Below, one piece after another: positions 60,562 through 64,000 of a stretch of 64,000 nt of DNA. The DNA is taken from NCBI RefSeq assembly GCF_006345805.1, contig NC_043014.1:124001-188000 (forward strand). Direction: 5' to 3'. The notes under the pieces were generated by a model. That model was not told where the DNA came from, searched no databases, and saw only the letters and a program-made list of their open reading frames with translations. Numbering within the stretch: the stretch's first letter is position 1; the number at the start of each line of letters is the position of its first letter. The DNA comes from Octopus sinensis. Lineage: Eukaryota. The position numbers and the translations under genes were made by a program.

Positions 60562-60905
60562 TGTTGTAAAGTGGGTTCCTCCCACTGGTGTGATGTGTGA
60601 CTGCCATTGAACTGTAGTTGCCGTTTTTGCACTACTAGCCACAATAGTTACTAGTCATCGGATACTGTTGTATCTCTTTGTACCAGGATAGTAATACACT
60701 AACTTCTCCTGTCTTACTATCGCTCAGAGCTCCACAAGACACCAACTAGAACTGTTGCCTCTCAACTCTTTGACTTTTGACCCTCTCTTGATGACCGGCG
60801 ACTGGTCTATTTATAATGGTTGGCTACTACCACTTTTTACCAGGAGGGGTATACAGTTTCACTATACAAAAGTACATTAATTATTTTTCAGTTATATTGT
60901 CATCA
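60551..60905 (-). mobile_element. Primer-binding site and 5' LTR of the Mag-like element
   Basis: Minus strand ...ACAACA-A-TGGCAATGAG (PBS-like) at 60562/60551; TATAAATAG at about 60808-60816; outer LTR boundary uncertain. Confidence 0.6.
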
Positions 60906-61909
60906 TTTGAAGAGAATCTGTAACCTTATGTAGAGATAACTTGTTGAGTGGTAGAGTGCTCTACTCTCTATTTATTGATTCATCATTACATGGTCAAGCT
61001 TGCCTGGACATTTTTAACCCATACACACCATCCATCCGACTCCTGCATTAGTTGAGTAAATTCTTCAGAGAGGCATCCAGTGTGTCTGGTGAGTTAGTCT
61101 AAATACATTGTGTTCAGATGACCTGCTTGAGTACAGCCATGCTTTGGCATCCATAACAGTAGGTCACTTGTCAGCTCCTGTTCTGCTCACCAGCAATTTC
61201 TTGCAATGTGCAAGTGGAAACAGACACATCTCCTTACAGCTGTTTCTTGGTGGGTTGAGATTTTTAAGATGTGTTTAAGACTGCTCTTAACATTCAGGTG
61301 TAAGTTCTATCTAGCATGGATTCCTATTCGTTTCTTGATTGGATTTTTTTTTAAATTCAAAACACTAATACTCTTGTCAAAACTCCTTAGTCTCTTCTCT
61401 TTCAGGCTATCAGAATTCAGAAAGAAACCCTTATTTCCTTCATTGTGGTTCACTTCTATTGATTCCTTGTTAGTTATTCTTGATGAACACTCATTTTAGT
61501 AACCAATATATACCAGAGATTACAAATGGGAAGAAGCAATAACAGACAAGAGCAAGCAATGGCTGCTCAACAAATATTGGATTCTTCTTTTCTTTTTCTC
61601 TTTGTCTATTCACTCTTATCATACAATATCTTAATATACACATTAATGCATATAGACACTCACATTTACAAACATAGACACACACATGCATATATGAATA
61701 TATAATTACTATGATATCAAAATCATAAACTAGGTTAGATTTGTGAGAAATCTCTGTGCTAGGATGTTGCTTTATAGATATAAGTATGAAAGCTGAGCTT
61801 CACAAAAGTTTATTCTGCAATCAGTTCCTACCAAAGATCAATATTCTAATTACCAACAGAATAGAATATCAAGTTGTTTCCAGACAATATTTTTCCTTGT
61901 TGTTCTGTT

Positions 61910-61926
61910 TATTATTATTATTATTA

Positions 61927-61965
<39 letters not shown>
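61910..61965. repeat. (TTA)n tract at the Dong family D 3' junction
   Basis: Direct reading. Confidence 0.95.
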
Positions 61966-61966
<1 letters not shown>

Positions 61967-64000
61967 GGCATCATACAGTATACAATACCATGAAGGGGTT
62001 TGTACTGTTTGTCAAGTCGCAACAAGGACCTCAGACAGACAGTACTTTACACAATATGTGTACAGTTCCAAGTAGTGCTGTCTTTTGCAATACACCTAGA
62101 TTGTAGGGTATTTCTAAGGTTTTCAGATGTTTTTCCAGATTGGGTGGTATTGAACCCAATGCTCCAATGACAATAGGGATAACCTTTATGTTTGACTCCT
62201 GTAGCTGCCACATCTTAGTCATCTCAATTCTCAGGTCTCCATATTTATCAACCTTTTCTCTTTCTTTATGTTGATCTCCTGGCACTGCCGCGTCAATTAT
62301 TAGGCACTCTTGTTTGTCCCTCCTAAATGTTACTATGTCTGGTTTTCAGTGCTTTAACACTTTGTCTGTCTGGAAGTCAAAGTTCCAGAGGATTTTTGCC
62401 TTCCCCCTTTCCAGTGTTTGTTGGTACCAAGCACCTGTAACCACATATCCATACTTACAGCATAGTAGCCAGTGGAGGTTTTGGGCTACCTTGTCATGTC
62501 TATGCTTGTACTCTTTCTGCACAAGACTTTCACAAGCACTAACAATGTGAGTCAAACTTTCAACCCTCTTCCCACACATTCTGCAGAGGTTCATTGCACA
62601 TGTGTGGTATATATATATTTTTTTTCACTGAGTTGGTATTCAAAGCCTGGTCCTGGACAGCAATGATTAGGCTTTCAGTATTCTTTTTTAGGTCACCCCT
62701 GTTGAGCTACCTCCATGATGCTTCCTGGTCCTTTAATTTGTTGGTTTCACTGTGGAACTGACCATGTAATTCCATATGGAGTAGGGTTTCTTCTCTCTCA
62801 TTGGTTGTTCTTGATTAGAATTCATGAGCACTCTCAAGTCCATTTTTGTTAACTCCTTCTATACTAACAGCATACAATAGCAGATCTTGTTTGCTGTTTG
62901 CCAAACACTCTGCCATGTTTCTTCTTTCACTGTTGGTGCTCTCCCATACACTGATCAGCCCACATCCACCTTTACCTCTCTTCATGTAGAGCCTCTGTAC
63001 ATTTGCCTTAGAGTGGAGGGTACCATGCATTATCATTGTCTTTCGGGCAGTATGATCGAGTTGGTCAATTTCCACTTGTATCCATTTCGGGATAGGTGCA
63101 CTATAGCAGACTATAACAACAGCCCATATGCTGATGGTAGTCACAAGGTTCCTTGAGTTGAGTTTTGCTTTCAAGAGAAGTTCCAGACACTTAAAATATG
63201 CGGTGATGACCTTGTCTTTCATTTCTTAGTGCAAGATATTGTTCAGCTCTAGGATCCCAAAGTACTTGTACCCATCATCATCCAGATCTTCCATTCTCTT
63301 TCCATTTGGCAATTCTATGTCCCTGCAATTTACTCTTTTCCCCCTCTTCAAGATACCAAATTCTATCCCTATATCCTTGCTGCACATTTGCATAGTCTCA
63401 GCCAGCCTCTCCATTTCAGGCTGTTTTTGTGAACAGTTTTAAATCAGCCATGAAGAGAAGGTGGTTGAGACAAGTTCCGTTCTTTCTCAGCTCATAGTGC
63501 ATGTTGACGCTGCGTAGGACTACAGAAAATGGGATCAAGGCTATAACAAATAACAGAGGTGAACAAGAGTCTCCTTGGAAGATACTTCTTTTGATTGTTA
63601 CCTCGGCTAAGTGCTGCTTGTAACAGGAAACACATGTTTTCCAACTAGGCATGCTGTTCTTAATCAGTGCACACACTTTCTCAGCCGTTCCACATATGTT
63701 GAGTGTTTCCAAAATCCGTGCAGGCGGCAACATGTCCTAAGCCTTTTTGAAGTCTATCCAGGCCATGCATAAGTTCTTTTGGTCTGTTTAAAGTTCTTCA
63801 TTATAACCTTGTCTATCACAAGGTGGTCTTTTGGTGCCCTTGGATCCTTTTCAGCATCCCTTTTGTTCTACTGGTGAGGTTTTGTCTTGTAAACCTCCTC
63901 TTTTGTGTAACTCCACAGATAAAAATCACATGGAGTGAGTTCTGAACTTCTTGGAGTTCTGCAGTCACAGTCTTCAGGTTTTAGCTCCTGCACGTAATGG
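61966..64000 (-). mobile_element. R4/Dong-like LINE, family D, runs off the window end
   Basis: FQGDSCSPLLF; HLLFMADLKLF; RLYMKRGKGGCGL; CRMCGKRVESLTHIVSAC; ILWNFDFQTD; IPIVIGALG. Confidence 0.9.

Overview
AT-rich eukaryotic genomic DNA, not microbial. It looks like an intronic or intergenic region of a mollusc, most likely an octopus-type cephalopod; this is inferred from the tRNA-derived SINE families, the RTE 3' UTRs ending in (GAT)n and the very dense TA/CA/CT/TAA/TAG microsatellites. Much of the window is decayed, often nested transposable elements: RTE and RTE-BovB LINEs; at least five families of R4/Dong-like LINEs with a restriction-like endonuclease (RLE); a CR1-clade LINE; Penelope-like elements (PLEs); two Ty3/Gypsy remnants; two mariner derivatives; a Helitron Rep fragment; Helentron-type HINEs; and three SINE families. 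No intact autonomous element and no confidently identifiable host gene were found, only low-confidence candidate exons. Most notable structures: (i) nearly every visible Dong-like junction lies in a (TAA)n or (TAG)n tract, giving head-to-tail chains, and one Dong copy sits in the (AAT)n that encodes poly-Asn inside a PLE ORF; (ii) a fold-back mariner with two 3' ends; (iii) a near-perfect 874-bp tandem duplication between (TA)n tracts containing candidate exons; (iv) a 99-bp inverted duplication inside a Dong element; (v) decayed hammerhead-like motifs at PLE ends. Element boundaries were read by eye and are approximate unless stated.
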